NCBI RefSeq assembly: GCF_006345805.1
Contig: NC_043007.1
Location: 35,402,001-35,466,000 of the forward strand
Direction: 5' to 3'
Length of the DNA: 64,000 nucleotides
DNA from: Octopus sinensis
Taxonomy: Eukaryota
Shown here in pieces: positions 24,987 to 37,819 of this stretch (position 1 is the first letter of the stretch; the number at the start of each line of letters is the position of its first letter). The notes under the pieces were generated by a model. That model searched no databases. It was not told the origin of the DNA and worked only from the letters and a program-made list of their open reading frames with translations. The translations under genes and the position numbers were made by a program.

Positions 24987-25423
24987 GGATCTTTTCGGTT
25001 TGAACGGCAGTTTTTTCTAGCGGTGTCATATGAAATTGTCACCCATAATTATGACCCTTGTATCGATCTATTGCATTTCAATCTGTTTTAGGGTTAGGGT
25101 TAGTTAGGGTTAGGGTTAGGGTTAGGGGTGGGTGGAAGGGTATCTTGTTTTCTTCACAAATGTAAATAAACCCAATCTGTTTCTTAAACGAGGGATATAT
25201 TCATACGGCACAGAATGTTTTCAGCTCACAAGACGTCAGTGATTGGTTGAGATTGCAGAAATTGAAGAAAAAAAACAACAAATATTTTACAAACTATAGA
25301 ATTTTCTCAATAAAGTCAAGAGAAAAAGATGTTTTATAAACACATTCTACCAGTATACGAAGTGTAAATTTTTTAGTTACCTAGAAATTATGTTAAAAAC
25401 TGCCGTTCAAACCGGAAAGATTC
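24987..25423. mobile_element. MITE with Merlin-type TIRs and internal (TTAGGG)n
   Basis: TIR GGATCTTTTCGGTTTGAACGGCAGTTTT matched by AAAACTGCCGTTCAAACCGGAAAGATTC. The first 16 nt equal the TIR at 33926. TSD not evident. Confidence 0.75.
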
Positions 25424-26655
25424 AACAATAGCATTTACATTGATCAAAGAATCTCTCATCACTCCGTAAGAAGGAGTATGTTATCTAACGTAAGACGGCA
25501 GGGTATAATTTGAAGAAGGGTTAACTTCTGTTTCTAGCACTTACACCGACCATATTAAAGCTCATTTATTTAAAGGTGACCAGCCCTGTCTCTACAGAAA
25601 AGATTGTTGTTTGTCATCGTTCATGACGTACCAATGACAAATAGGTCAACGAACACATTCCTGAAATACTTGTTTTCAATTCTATAGCTTAATGTCTGTG
25701 CAATTCTTTAGTTTCTTGGCTTGCTTCTTCATGACAGGCATTATCATCAGTCGGTGATTACATTGCAGTTATTTACATATTATTACTATATTTGTCGTGG
25801 GAAAATAACGCCAAGTTTATTATGTTTCAATTAGAGGTTCGTCTACAAGTTGGTGTTATGTTCCACATTCTTCGTTTTCAAAGATAATTTGAATGACATG
25901 ATGTATGCCTTTTCACAGAATGTTTTCATTTGATAAGTTTGAAACTAGGTTTTATTGATATATGTTTTAACGTGTCTGGGTCTGTGCCTATGCGTGCATA
26001 TATATGACTATGCATGCGTGGATACGTATACATGCAGATATAACTCTGTGTATATATGTGTGTGCATATGTCTGTGCATATGTGTGTATGTGTATATGAA
26101 TGCGCATGCAAAGTGAACACGTACATACACATTGTTGTTTTTTTTAAAACAATTAATTAAACTTAAACAGTACTTAAACAACACCGCAATTTCATGACTT
26201 GGCTGGTTTAGTGTTTAAGACGTTTATGATATTACCACGAGAACGAGAAATAAAGTAATAAAAAAAAAAAGCGAGCTTGGTACTATCATTTTTGCACGTA
26301 TCGATCACAAAGGTTTGTAAACGAAAGAACATAAGGACAAGCGTTGTCTTCAAAATTTCATTTCCTATTTTAAAAAATATTTAAACAACGAATGTGTCAA
26401 AAGAAAAGCCAGCACGGTTTACGAGCTGACGATCGGAATTGACTACAAACTGGAACATTTCGGCTATAATGTATTAAGAGATTCACTACATTTGCATCGA
26501 ATCCGGCAATTTCTAAAGAATCAAAAGAGATTTGCGCGCGCGTGTGTGTACGTGTGTTGTATTATGTTTGTATATGCATGTTTCTAACCTCTATCTTTTT
26601 ATATATGTATAAACACCCCACACACACACACACATATATAGGCATGGCGGTGTGG

Positions 26656-26737
<82 letters not shown>

Positions 26738-27074
26738 TACGTTAGTACATATAAATGCACGATTTCGATATCGTTGATAAATTTGTAGATAAGAAACGAA
26801 ACATTTACTGAATGTGGAACTCTAGACAATTTATTTGAGTAGAATCTATTTATAGCATTAGCATTAATAACATTCAGTTGACTGGGGGGGGGGGCTTTTC
26901 AAGTTTATGATTGTGTTTGCGTGTCTGTGCGTGCATATATATATATATGCGTGTGTGTGTGTGTGTGTGTGTTGTGTGTGTGTGTGTGTGTGTATAAATA
27001 TATATATATACGGCGACATTTATATTTACCCATTGCGCCCTGTATATATATATATATATATATATATACATACA

Positions 27075-28345
27075 CACAGAGGGTGCGTTGGATAAATATA
27101 AATGTCGTCGTTTTATATTTCTAATTTTCCACAAGCGCATTGTTTCTTTTTTTTTATGTCGACTGCACAGTATAGTAGGGTCAGTTGGGCGCCGCCTGTG
27201 AGAAAAACAGCACCATGACGCAATTCACTCTGCCAGAAATTTGGAAACGATATGTTATACTGCTTGGCATTCGCGCCAGAAGCTTCAATACGAACGTTTC
27301 AGTGTATTTGGGAGTGAATTTGAGGTGAGTGCAGAGGATTCGGAAAGAGTTGGTGATTACGAAGGTACGGCAGCTCGGAAATCTCACTCTGATCGTTCTG
27401 ATAAGAAAGGAACTCCTGATTTTGTTGGTGAGATCCAGGCCATGATTGACAATGATCCCTCCAAGTCAATCAGGTCCAACGCCAGGGACATGGGAAAGTC
27501 TGAGTTTCTTATCAGGCAGGTAGTGTATGAAGACACTCGGTATTCCTCATGCAAGATTAGAAAGGGTCAATTTTTATCCCTAGCCATCAAGGGCAAGAGG
27601 AAAGACCGCGCTACGAAGCCTTTGAACAAACTCTAGCATCCCCTCCAACTGGACATGCTTTGGTTTTTCTCAGACGAGAAAAATTTCTGCCAGGATCATA
27701 TGACAAACACACAGAACAATCGTTGGCTTTCTGTGTCCCCAAAACATGTACCGAGAGTGATAAAAATCAAACATCCAGTCAACATCATGGTGTTTGGAGT
27801 GATTATTAGTGATGGCGACGTTATGCCTCTATTCATTTTCCCACACGGGCTCACACTTAACACGGAGGCCTACATTAAGTGCCTGGTGGAGGTAGTACTG
27901 TCCTGGGTCAAGACGGTGGCTGCTGGAAGACCTATGTCTGGCAACAGAACTCTGTAATATGCCACACAAGCAGGAGAACCTAGTCATGGCTGTCAGACAA
28001 TTTCTGCAACCATATCATCCCTAACATCTGACCACCTAACTCCCCAGGCTGCAATCCCCTTTATTATTATATGTGGGGCGCAGTTGAGTGAGAGACCGGC
28101 AAAAACTGAAGACAATTATGGCGGCATTCACCAACTTCAACAAGGAGACCGTCCAGAAGAGTTGCAGGAGATTCCGAAGTCGTCTGGAAGCCGTGGTTGA
28201 AGCGAATGGTGATTTTATTGAATGAATTTACTCTTTAATATTTCAAGATATTTCTATGTCATTTTGGTAGATATATCTGTTAAAATGAGACGTCAGTGTT
28301 ATTTTCATTTTTGCGTAATTTAGACGACAATTTATTTACTGGCTC
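27075..28345 (+). mobile_element. maT/DD37D Tc1-mariner transposon, degenerate near full length
   Basis: ORFs 27241-27957: FFSDEKNF, NTQNNRWL, KHPVNIMVFGVI.SDG, then PPNSP..NPLYYYMWGAVE and RFRSRLEAVVEANGDFIE. Degenerate TIRs. Confidence 0.88.
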
Positions 28346-28346
28346 A

Positions 28347-28415
<69 letters not shown>

Positions 28416-28540
28416 TATATATATTATATATATATATAAAGTTAATCCAAACAAGAAAACAAAAACAAAAGAACAACAACGCAAGGACGTGGAACAAATA
28501 AAGTATTATTGGACGCTCAGGAAAGAAGGGAAGAAGGAGG

Positions 28541-28575
28541 GTTTGACGTTTCGAGCGGAGCTCTTCGTCGGAAAC
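28541..28575 (-). ncRNA. Minimal hammerhead ribozyme-like motif with CCGACGA core
   Basis: GTTT-CCGACGA-A-GAGC-TCC-GCTC-GAAA-CG-TC-AAAC: stems I and II pair and stem III is the ACGT palindrome. Lies in a repeat next to (TA)n. Confidence 0.65.
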
Positions 28576-28749
28576 ATAGGAGAAGGAAAGATCCCGAGAA
28601 GGGAAGACAGGGGAAAAATGTATATAGATAGATAGATATAGATATATATAGAGAGAGTGAGAGAGGGAAGAAATATGGGGTTGTTAGTTATGATTATAAA
28701 CAAAGGAGTTAAGTCATAAATTAAAAAAAACAATTATCCCTTAATTGTT

Positions 28750-29560
28750 AATTAAGTTTAATAAGGAATTCTGATATCTGAGTATTTACAACAGTACTTG
28801 ACTTTTTTAAGGAGGTCGTATAAGACCAAAAGATGTCCAAAGTTATCTCCTAATTTACCAAAGATCTGACTATACATCCCCTTACTGCGTTGTTGTATTT
28901 CCAATCTTAAATATATGCAAGAATGCAGTTCTGATGTGTCAGGCCGTTTCAATAAAATGTTTTGTTTTTAATTGTATATTGAGTTGTCGCACACACCTTT
29001 GTTCACTTCACTTAAGTATTGTCCAACATTGTTTATCTTTCCTCTACACGACTATTGAGTTGATTGATTAGATTTGTTCTGCTGTCGACATTAAGTGTGA
29101 TAATGTTTACTTCATTAAATATTTATAGCCTCATGTATCTATCTTACTGCTTTATGATTCCATTATCAAGTTATTTGTATCCCATTATTTTTCACTATCC
29201 TCTGTTTCTCATAAAAAAAAGAAGCCCAACGCAGTTTATTCCCAATTTTCGTCCTAATATCTCCACTAAATCTATCAACCGCTTCTACTAAATATTCTAT
29301 TTGAGCGCCATTATCAGCAACTAGCTTCAAGTCATCCATACAGATAATGTGATTTGGTTTTTGCTACCTGCTTCAAATAAGATATTCAACTCTTTAACAT
29401 TCTTAGTAGCAGTGTCAAAGCAATCATTTACATCACCTAAATCAAAGAGGGAGAAGCTACCAATCCGAATGAAGCCTCAGTTGATCATGATACTCCCCTA
29501 CCTCTTCAAAAGGATACTTAAATTCGTATTCCATTTAGACTTGTTCAGTCATTATATTAC
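28750..29560 (-). mobile_element. Old R4/Dong RT fragment
   Basis: NHIICMDDLKLVADNGAQIEYLVEAVDRFSGDI resembles the Dong YMDDLKL region. Confidence 0.6.
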
Positions 29561-29989
29561 TCTGCTATTCCTGTTATTTTACGAATTATTCTACGATTCA
29601 GAAATGATGAATTTAGAATGTTTCAGTTTGTTTCTACATATAATCCATTCTTATCGTACAAAAAAAAAAAATGCATTGGAAAATGTTTCTGATATGCAAA
29701 AAAGACAAAAAGGCATCTGGTTATAGATGTACCTTGTGCATACCTGAGTACTGCTACTACAACTACTGCTCTATATGCTGCTGCTGCGGCTGTTGTTAAG
29801 CAACAAGACGGGTAAGGGTGATTAGGTGATGGTCTAGAGCTTAGAGGCGGGAGACTCGAGACCTTGGAAAAGTCGAAGTCGCTGGAAATGGCGATCTCCA
29901 GGTCCAAATTCTTGAACGGCTGCTGCTGCTGATGATAATGACGTTGATGAAACTCCCACCACCACCACCACCAGCACAACTTCTGGGTT

Positions 29990-30225
29990 TCCTTTTTTAC
30001 CCACTTGTTCTTTCACATCACCCGTGCTTATGACAATATTCCTTTGTTTCTTTCTTCCTTGTAATTCTGCCTTGATATTTGCTATCCATATTGCATCCCT
30101 TTCATGCACCACATTATTTCCCCATAATCCACTCCAGAACTCCTTGGCTTTATTTGCATCAGGAGCAACATTTTCCCCATAGTCTCCTAACGTTCAGAAG
30201 AATTGCTTCGGGTTATTTTTGAAAA
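29990..30225 (-). mobile_element. R4/Dong pre-RT fragment
   Basis: APDANKAKEFWSGLWG.NVVHERDAIWIANIK. Its 5' junction abuts the (TAA)n tract at 30230-30490. Confidence 0.65.
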
Positions 30226-30239
30226 ATCTATTATTATTA

Positions 30240-30375
<136 letters not shown>

Positions 30376-30441
30376 TATTATTATTATTATTTATTATTAT
30401 TATAATTATATTATTATTATTATTATTATATTATATTATTA

Positions 30442-30490
<49 letters not shown>

Positions 30491-30491
<1 letters not shown>

Positions 30492-33400
30492 GTTTCACTT
30501 TTTCTTTACATTTGTACAAGTTAGCTCCAAGTCACACCCAGAGATTTCAAGAGACAAGAAGTTAGAAGTTGAAGTTCCTGTATGACTAGGTGCCTTATAT
30601 TTGGTTTTGTATAAAGTATTGTTCGGGAGACCCATGAGCACTATTTTTTAAAATGTCTTCCACTTTTGGATTTCCTGGTATCTGAGTTAGGTCGCAACCA
30701 GTCCCTTTTGTTATCATTCCAATGACAACAGGTATTGATTTAGTCTTGAGGTTCTACATTTTGCCTATTTCTATTCCAAGATATTTATACTTGCTCAGTT
30801 TTTGATAGGCCTTGACAGATACATTTATGTCGATTGGGACAGTCATATCGATGAGGAGGCATGCTTTTTGTCTGAAGTCCTTCAATATAATATCTGGCCT
30901 ATTCGTATCTATCTTTCTGTCAGTTTGAACGGTGAAACTCCAGATGAGTGAGATGTGGTCATTTTCAAGCACTGGAGGTGGTTTGTGTTCCCGCCAGTTT
31001 TTAATGGGGCAAGCCAGTTTTTTGCAAATTACCCAGTGAATATAATTTGCTGCTCTATCTTGCTAGTTGAGATACTCTGTAGGCGCAAGAAGACTGCACA
31101 TAGAGACAACATGATCGATGGTTTCAGTCTGTTGTTTACATACACGACATTTTGGGCTACTGCCGTTCTTTAATATGTTGGCCTAGTAGCGCCTTGTAGG
31201 TAGGCATTGTTTTTGGGCTGTTATGATAAATCCTTCTGTCTCTGGCTTTAAGGCAGAAGACACTTATCATTTATGGGTAAGGGCTTTTTCAGCATCGACA
31301 CTATTAGCTCTCTTTGGATATTTGTCATTGAGAGATTTTTCGTGCCATTTATCGGTAAGAATACCTAAGGCAGCAGTTTTAGCACGGGTTTTCATACGCT
31401 TAGCTTTTTCTGTGCTTGTTTCCAGTACATCTAATTCTGGGATTTATTGTATTTGGAATTCATTTAGATATTTCTTTGTCTGTTTTGTTACTGAGTATGA
31501 TGTTTTTTTGGTTTTTTTTTTTGTTTTCATACTTTAACATCACTGAACTGATTAACAATTGCTAGTAAGCCTTGTAATTGTTGGTAATTTTTTGCAAAGA
31601 ACTTTAAATCATCCATGTAAAAGAGATAATTATATTTTTATCAAAATATTTATAGCCATATTGTACATCATCGAGCAATTTCGAAAGAGGTATTAAGGCT
31701 AGACAAAAGAGGAGTGGTGATAGAGAGTCACCCTGGAAAATGCCACATGAAATTCTTACATTTCTAGCATTTAGAGATTTATTGTCACTGTTGAAAGTCA
31801 GTGTAGCCTCCATGATCTCAAACTTACAGATAAATTTCGCAGAGTAGGTGCTATTTTATACATTTCCAGACATTTCTTACTCCAGCAATGTGGTTGGCTA
31901 TCAAAAGCTTTTTTTATAGTCTATCCAGGCTATCGACAAGTTCTTGTGTTATTTGTGACAATCTTCCAGGATCATCTTATGAATGAGTAGCTGATCTTTA
32001 CAACCATAGGACCCGCGTTTACATCCTTTTTGTTCATTCGGGAAGATGCCATTTTCTATTAAAAAAAACTATAGGTGTATTCAGTCAAGACAGATGTTAG
32101 TATTTTATACATTGTTGTTAAGCAGGTTATGGGTTTATAATTTTTTGGTTCATTTGTTTTTCATTTTTTGGAAGTAGAAACGTAACACCATTAACTAGCA
32201 AAGAGAGAATCGTACTAGGTTGTTGCAAAACATTGCCGTAAAGTTGTGTTAGCAGTTCATGACTCTCTGGGAAGACATTCAATCAGAAGTTAGGAATTTT
32301 ATCCTTTCCTGGAGACTTCTATTTGCTTGATTTCCCGAGAGCAGATCTTACCTTCTCTACCTTGCTCTTAATGTCAGTAGATATTCTATCAATCCAAGGA
32401 GCCTTTTCATTGTGCGTTTTTTCTTCTGCCTAAATTTTATTCCAAAATCCGTGCGGTTCTTCTTTTGATGGGACAGACTTTACTGTAACTAGTATTTTCC
32501 CTTTCTTCCAGTAAAAAATTTTTGAGGTTAATTTTGAACATGTTGTCCTTGAAGAGCCTAACGCGCTTTTCATACCGAACTATGCGAGCAACTTTAACAG
32601 ATACCTTTTGCTTGATATTTTCTATGGTGGTATCAATGTCAATTATGGTTTTCATATTACAATTTTTCTTTAATTTTTGGATTTTAGTTGGTTTGATATT
32701 TTTATCAAACTTAAGATTTTTCAAACATCCTATGTCAGACCTAAGTAACTGAATTTGGTGTTAAATACGCTCTTACCAAATAGGCTGTTTATGAGAATGT
32801 TGTCGTTTTCTAATTTTTTCACCACATCGAATCGTTGAGATTTTCGCGGATACACAGTATAGGTGACTGAGATCTGTAATATCAACATCATTATCTGAAA
32901 TTATACCCTTAAGTGCAAGACGGATTTTACCAATTACTTTAAGGTTTTGGAAAGAGTTGCGAATTTTTGGGAGAGTGTCACCTTCATTCATACTGATTAC
33001 TTTAATTTTCAGCCAGTCAATCATGATTTAATTTTTAGATCATCGAGTTCAGTTGGGTCAATTTCTGTATGATTTTCTTCGGGTATTTGATTTTCATCTG
33101 CTTTGATGTTTATGGCATTGATTCTTTCTATCATAATTACCTTTTCATCAGACCTGGGTTAGTCTGTAATTATTTCCTCAGCAGTACCTTCTTTAGCTGT
33201 AACTTCGTTCCTTTTATCCCTTACTGATTGTTTAATTTGGTCAACCTCTAATTCAGTTAGTAATTTCTTTTTTATGCTGTTTCCTCTGACGCTGGCAAGT
33301 TTGTTACTATCTATGTAGGATTTTCAAGTTGCTTCTCTCTCCAGCTTAGGTAGGTTTGTTCAGTATTAGATTTATTTATGGAGAAATACATAGTACGATA

Positions 33401-33800
33401 GAAGATTTTAAGAACTTCTTTATTGTTTTCTCTTGACCATTTTTCATTCTTTTTCTTTTGGTTATTCGATGACGAGCGTGGATGGCCATCTGTTGGGGGT
33501 ATTCCGGTTATGGAGTACTTCCAGTTCCTGTATTTCGGGAAGATTTGAACCAGTAGCTGATTTTTTGCACCCAGTCTGGCTCCTCTGTGGGGTGCGCGGC
33601 CCTTACTGACTCGGGTGACGGAAACTCCGGTGTGTATTTTGCTTTGCTATCTTTGAAGCATAACCAGCTTGAACGCTGACATTAGGGGGTCGGGTCTGTC
33701 TGTTTAGGGTTAAATTTTTAAGACAACACCGCCTTCGAGTTCTCTGAATGAAAACACTGCTCGTAACGTAGCAGAATTTCAAGATGGAAAGAAACAAAGG
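30491..33800 (-). mobile_element. R4/Dong LINE, near full length with internal deletion
   Basis: RT GIFQGDSLSPLLFC, AWIDYKKAFD, CCHC KCRVCKQQTETIDHVVSMC, RLE RPDIILKD...LIDMTVP. 3' end ...GTGAAACA joins (TAA)n. Confidence 0.92.
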
Positions 33801-33925
33801 ACTATTGTCATAAGCATTCGTCTGTATTTTTTCTGTTGACAGACTTATCTCTAGGCATAGTTTCTTTGTGGTGTTTTTAAACTTATGAATTGTTCACCCT
33901 GTCTGTGTTACTTCGAAGAAAATTG

Positions 33926-35032
33926 GGATCTTTTCGGTTTGGTTTACCGAAAATTTTAAAATTTGGTACAATAATACATTTGCCCAAACAGATTTGCTGG
34001 AGTTATTTCATTTTTTTCCAGAAAAATGTTTTAAAAAAGTTATAGAGGTTTAAAGTTTGATCGTTTTCACCCTGTCAGGAAACAGGATTTGGAAGCTGTC
34101 ATTTTGTGCGCAACTGCACATTTTGTCGTCAACATCCTGAAAATAGCACGTGTTGTCAATATTTGTAAACAACACATGTTATGTTTCCGGTAATTTTCTT
34201 TCACGTAAATATATGTTTATGTTAATTTAAAAGAAAAAAAACAGTTAGTTTTAAATATCTGAGCGAGATGTTAGCAAATAAACTTTAATTTAAAAGATGT
34301 AGCCATAAAATCTTATTTAACGGTTATTTTTAGCACACCTCACAACAACCTCAATGCTCAATGGCAAAAAGTAACGAGTAAACAAACATTTAAACATTGA
34401 ATATAAATTTAATGCAAATGCAATGAACAACACGTCACGTGCGATAAACACATTACAATATAAATATGTTTAATTACAATTCAAATATGCTTTAAAACAA
34501 AACATTTAAGCTGCGAGCATCGCCAATACATGTTTCCACCACGTCTTTTCGTACACATAACGTTTCTTTTTACATAATTTTCTTTTGGGTATAACACCCT
34601 TTTCTTGAAGGTACGACACAGTATCCTCTTCTGTTTTCAGTTTTTCCATAATAGAAGCAAAGTTACTGGAGCTTGTTACCATAATCACACAGAACACAGA
34701 ACACAGTGTCAAATTTGTCAACACGTGCTTCCTCGTGGATAAAAGACTTTGCAAAGACTGTTACTACGGCATCAGGCAAAAGAGTTCTCATCTTCTGCTT
34801 CTTCCTATAGAAACAGCCATGAATGTATTTGTGGCTCACGAATGGCTACAAAATTCTCGAAATTTTATTACCAAAATTTTTTAAAATTTAATTACAAATA
34901 ACTCTTCATTTATCGATTTATAGCGAAAATTTCTTTCACGTTATCGATTAGCCTATAAAAGTGTATCACTACATTGAATATGAAATCAATTCGAACAGAA
35001 AATTGACGCTGGCAGCCAAACATAAAAGATCC
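33926..35032 (-). mobile_element. Merlin (IS1595-like) non-autonomous element
   Basis: TIRs GGATCTTTT..GTTTGG, exact 8-bp TSD GAAAATTG (33918-33925 and 35033-35040), and N-terminal remnant LKTEEDTVSYLQEKGVIPKRKLC. Confidence 0.8.
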
Positions 35033-35572
35033 GAAAATTGATTTGTTATTGTTTTGCTGCGTTTGTGACACGCGCTTTCATATGCGTTTATGTGTGTCCT
35101 GTAAATTTCACGTGATTGTGTAAACATTGGGGCGTATGTTTAGTCCTATGGGTATTAAAATATATATGTGATTGTATAGACATTCGAGTGTATGCGTAAT
35201 TAATAAATTTACGTACTTACTGTTTTGTTCCACTTATATTTCATAGTTTGTAAACATTCCGATTTTCATTTCGCACGCCTCTTTCGTACATGTTTAACTG
35301 AGACATCGTGCATGGGAGAAACTGTGCTTTGTATGGCAGGGAAATTTCGTTTTTGTGATTGTTTTCGTTAAAAGGCCGCTTCCTTCAAATCTTCCACAGC
35401 TTCCTTTTTTCCCATTCCACCGATGCTATTAGACTAGATTTCTGTTTTGTATGGGGAGCCCTGTGTAGCACGTCCACGTTGTTATTCAGCACGGTGCTCC
35501 TCCTCCCCGTCCTCGTCGTCGTCGTCCTCCCCCTTCTCCTCATTATTATTATCATTATTATTATTATTATTA

Positions 35573-35621
<49 letters not shown>

Positions 35622-35657
35622 TTATTATTATTATTATCATCATCATTATTATTATTA

Positions 35658-35693
<36 letters not shown>

Positions 35694-35708
35694 TTATTAT
35701 TATTATTA

Positions 35709-36213
35709 TGTGAGAGAGCAGTGCATGCCGTCAAAGTGACACTGGGGTAAAATATACGAAGCCCAGTATACCCATCATGACTACCCATCTGATAAGGGTA
35801 CACCAGGCACATGCATCACAACCATATGTGCGCAACATGGTGATCTCATATCAAGATAAAGAGCGCATGACCTTGCAGGTGGGGCCCAGTTAGAATTTTC
35901 TTCTGGTCGAACGAACCACCCGTGTTTCCAAAGGTGAATTATTCAAACCCCAAATAATTCCTCTCGGCACATGGCCATGATCCCCCCCCCACTACTTCTG
36001 CTCATAATCAGAGACTCACATGTCGTCAGCCACTAAGGGACATGCTCAACTGGTTAAGGTCAAACAACTGACAAGCAAATCAGTGGTATTGAACAGAATA
36101 TTTGCTGTAGCCCATCTTTTATACCGAGACAAAACAATGTACATGATAACACTTCCAATCAGTTAAGATCAGAAGCAATGAGAGCCACTGCCTGGTACTG
36201 CATGAGGGCATTT
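35709..36213. mobile_element. Unclassified ~505-bp interspersed-repeat-like segment between (TTA)n and (ATC)n
   Basis: Sharp boundaries with trinucleotide tracts, no ORF and no TIR. Only one copy in the window, so repeat status is inferred. Confidence 0.45.
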
Positions 36214-36242
36214 ATCATCATCATCATCATCATCATCATCAT

Positions 36243-37075
36243 CTCTGACATACTCAGCTGGTTGCTCGCTGTGCTATTATACCTATTTCTTTACTACCCA
36301 CAAGGGGCTAAACATAGAGAGGACAAACAAGGACAGACAAACGGATTAAGTCGATTATATCGACCCCAGTGTGTAACTGGTACTTATATAATCGACCCCG
36401 AAAGGATGAAAGGCAAAGTCGACCTCGGCGGAATTTGAACTCAGAACGTAGCGGCAGACGAAATACCGCTGAACATTTCGCCCGGCGTGCTAACGATTCT
36501 GCCAGCTCGCCGCCTTTTATTATACCAGCTGTGCTATTATACCAGCTGTTTACTTCCTGTGAACTAAGCTGTTACGGTATTTTCAAAACTCGAGGACACA
36601 ACGGAGACTCCCTGCACCGCCAAGTAATGCTGTTCTCTCTGGATGTGCTTTATTTTCATTTTTCTTTCAAGCATATTTCATTTTCTTTGCTCATTGTACC
36701 TAGAGAACCAACAATTATTGTCACAACATTCACCTTTCCCATGAACAATACGTTTTTGATTTCTCACTTCAGGGTTTCATATCGCATCATTTTTACTCCT
36801 TTTTCAACGTCTCTGCTGTCCCCAGGGCACGCGATTTCTATGCTCAGGCACAGTTTTTTCCCCCTTCTCTACCAGCACGAAATCAAGTTTTCGATTATCG
36901 ATTCCATGATTATATTGGATCATGAAATTCTCTGTCATCTTCTACCACATGCTTTGGCTCATAATCATGCCATTTTCTCACCTTTTCGACTTCAAACTTG
37001 TTACATAGTTTCCAGTGAACCATTCTGGCAACATTGTAATGTCGCCTTTTGTAATTTCATTGAGCCATTACTATT
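36243..37075 (-). mobile_element. R4/Dong LINE 3' fragment (RLE)
   Basis: YKRRHYNVARMVHWKLC...KLDFVLVEK...IEIACPGD...VVTIIVGSLG. (GAT)n tail, split by a SINE. Confidence 0.8.
36284..36516 (-). mobile_element. SINE family 2 monomer
   Basis: Full element with TATTATACC duplicated at both ends. Confidence 0.9.
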
Positions 37076-37659
37076 ATTATGAATGTTGGTGATGTCTGGT
37101 TGTTGTTGTTGTTATTATTATCATCAATATTATTATTATTAATATTATTTTCACTATTGTCGTTGTTGTTGTTATTAGATAATTGATTTTATATCGGTAA
37201 TTATAAATATATAATTAGCCAGATAACTCATTCTGTATTGATTACATAACACTTCCCACACGAAGCATATATATTTAAATATGCTAACTTCACGTAGCTA
37301 ACACCTGTGTTAGCACACAGTTAAATATCTACCGCACAATATGTATAATTATATATAAATATATATATAGTATATATTTGCATGTATATGTGTATGTATG
37401 TATGTATGTATGTATGTATGTATGTATGTATGTATGTATGTATGTAGATGTATTCGTATATTTGAGTGCTGTTTAGTTATGAACTATGCACAATCACATA
37501 CATACACGCACGAATACGCACACATACACACACACACAAGTGTGTGTATGTGATTCATAACCATAGGGTAGTGAAATATACAATCGATCGATCGATCGAT
37601 TTATCTATCTATATGACTCCGTCTCTCTGTCCTCCACCTTCTCTCTCTTTCTCTGTCTC

Positions 37660-37708
<49 letters not shown>

Positions 37709-37737
37709 TATATATATATGTATATGTATATGTGTAA

Positions 37738-37782
<45 letters not shown>

Positions 37783-37787
37783 AATAT

Positions 37788-37819
<32 letters not shown>

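Noticed and set aside
37265-37320. Two small hairpins (GCTAACAC-CT-GTGTTAGC and an AT-rich one)
   Set aside because: Short, single-copy and expected by chance in AT-rich DNA.
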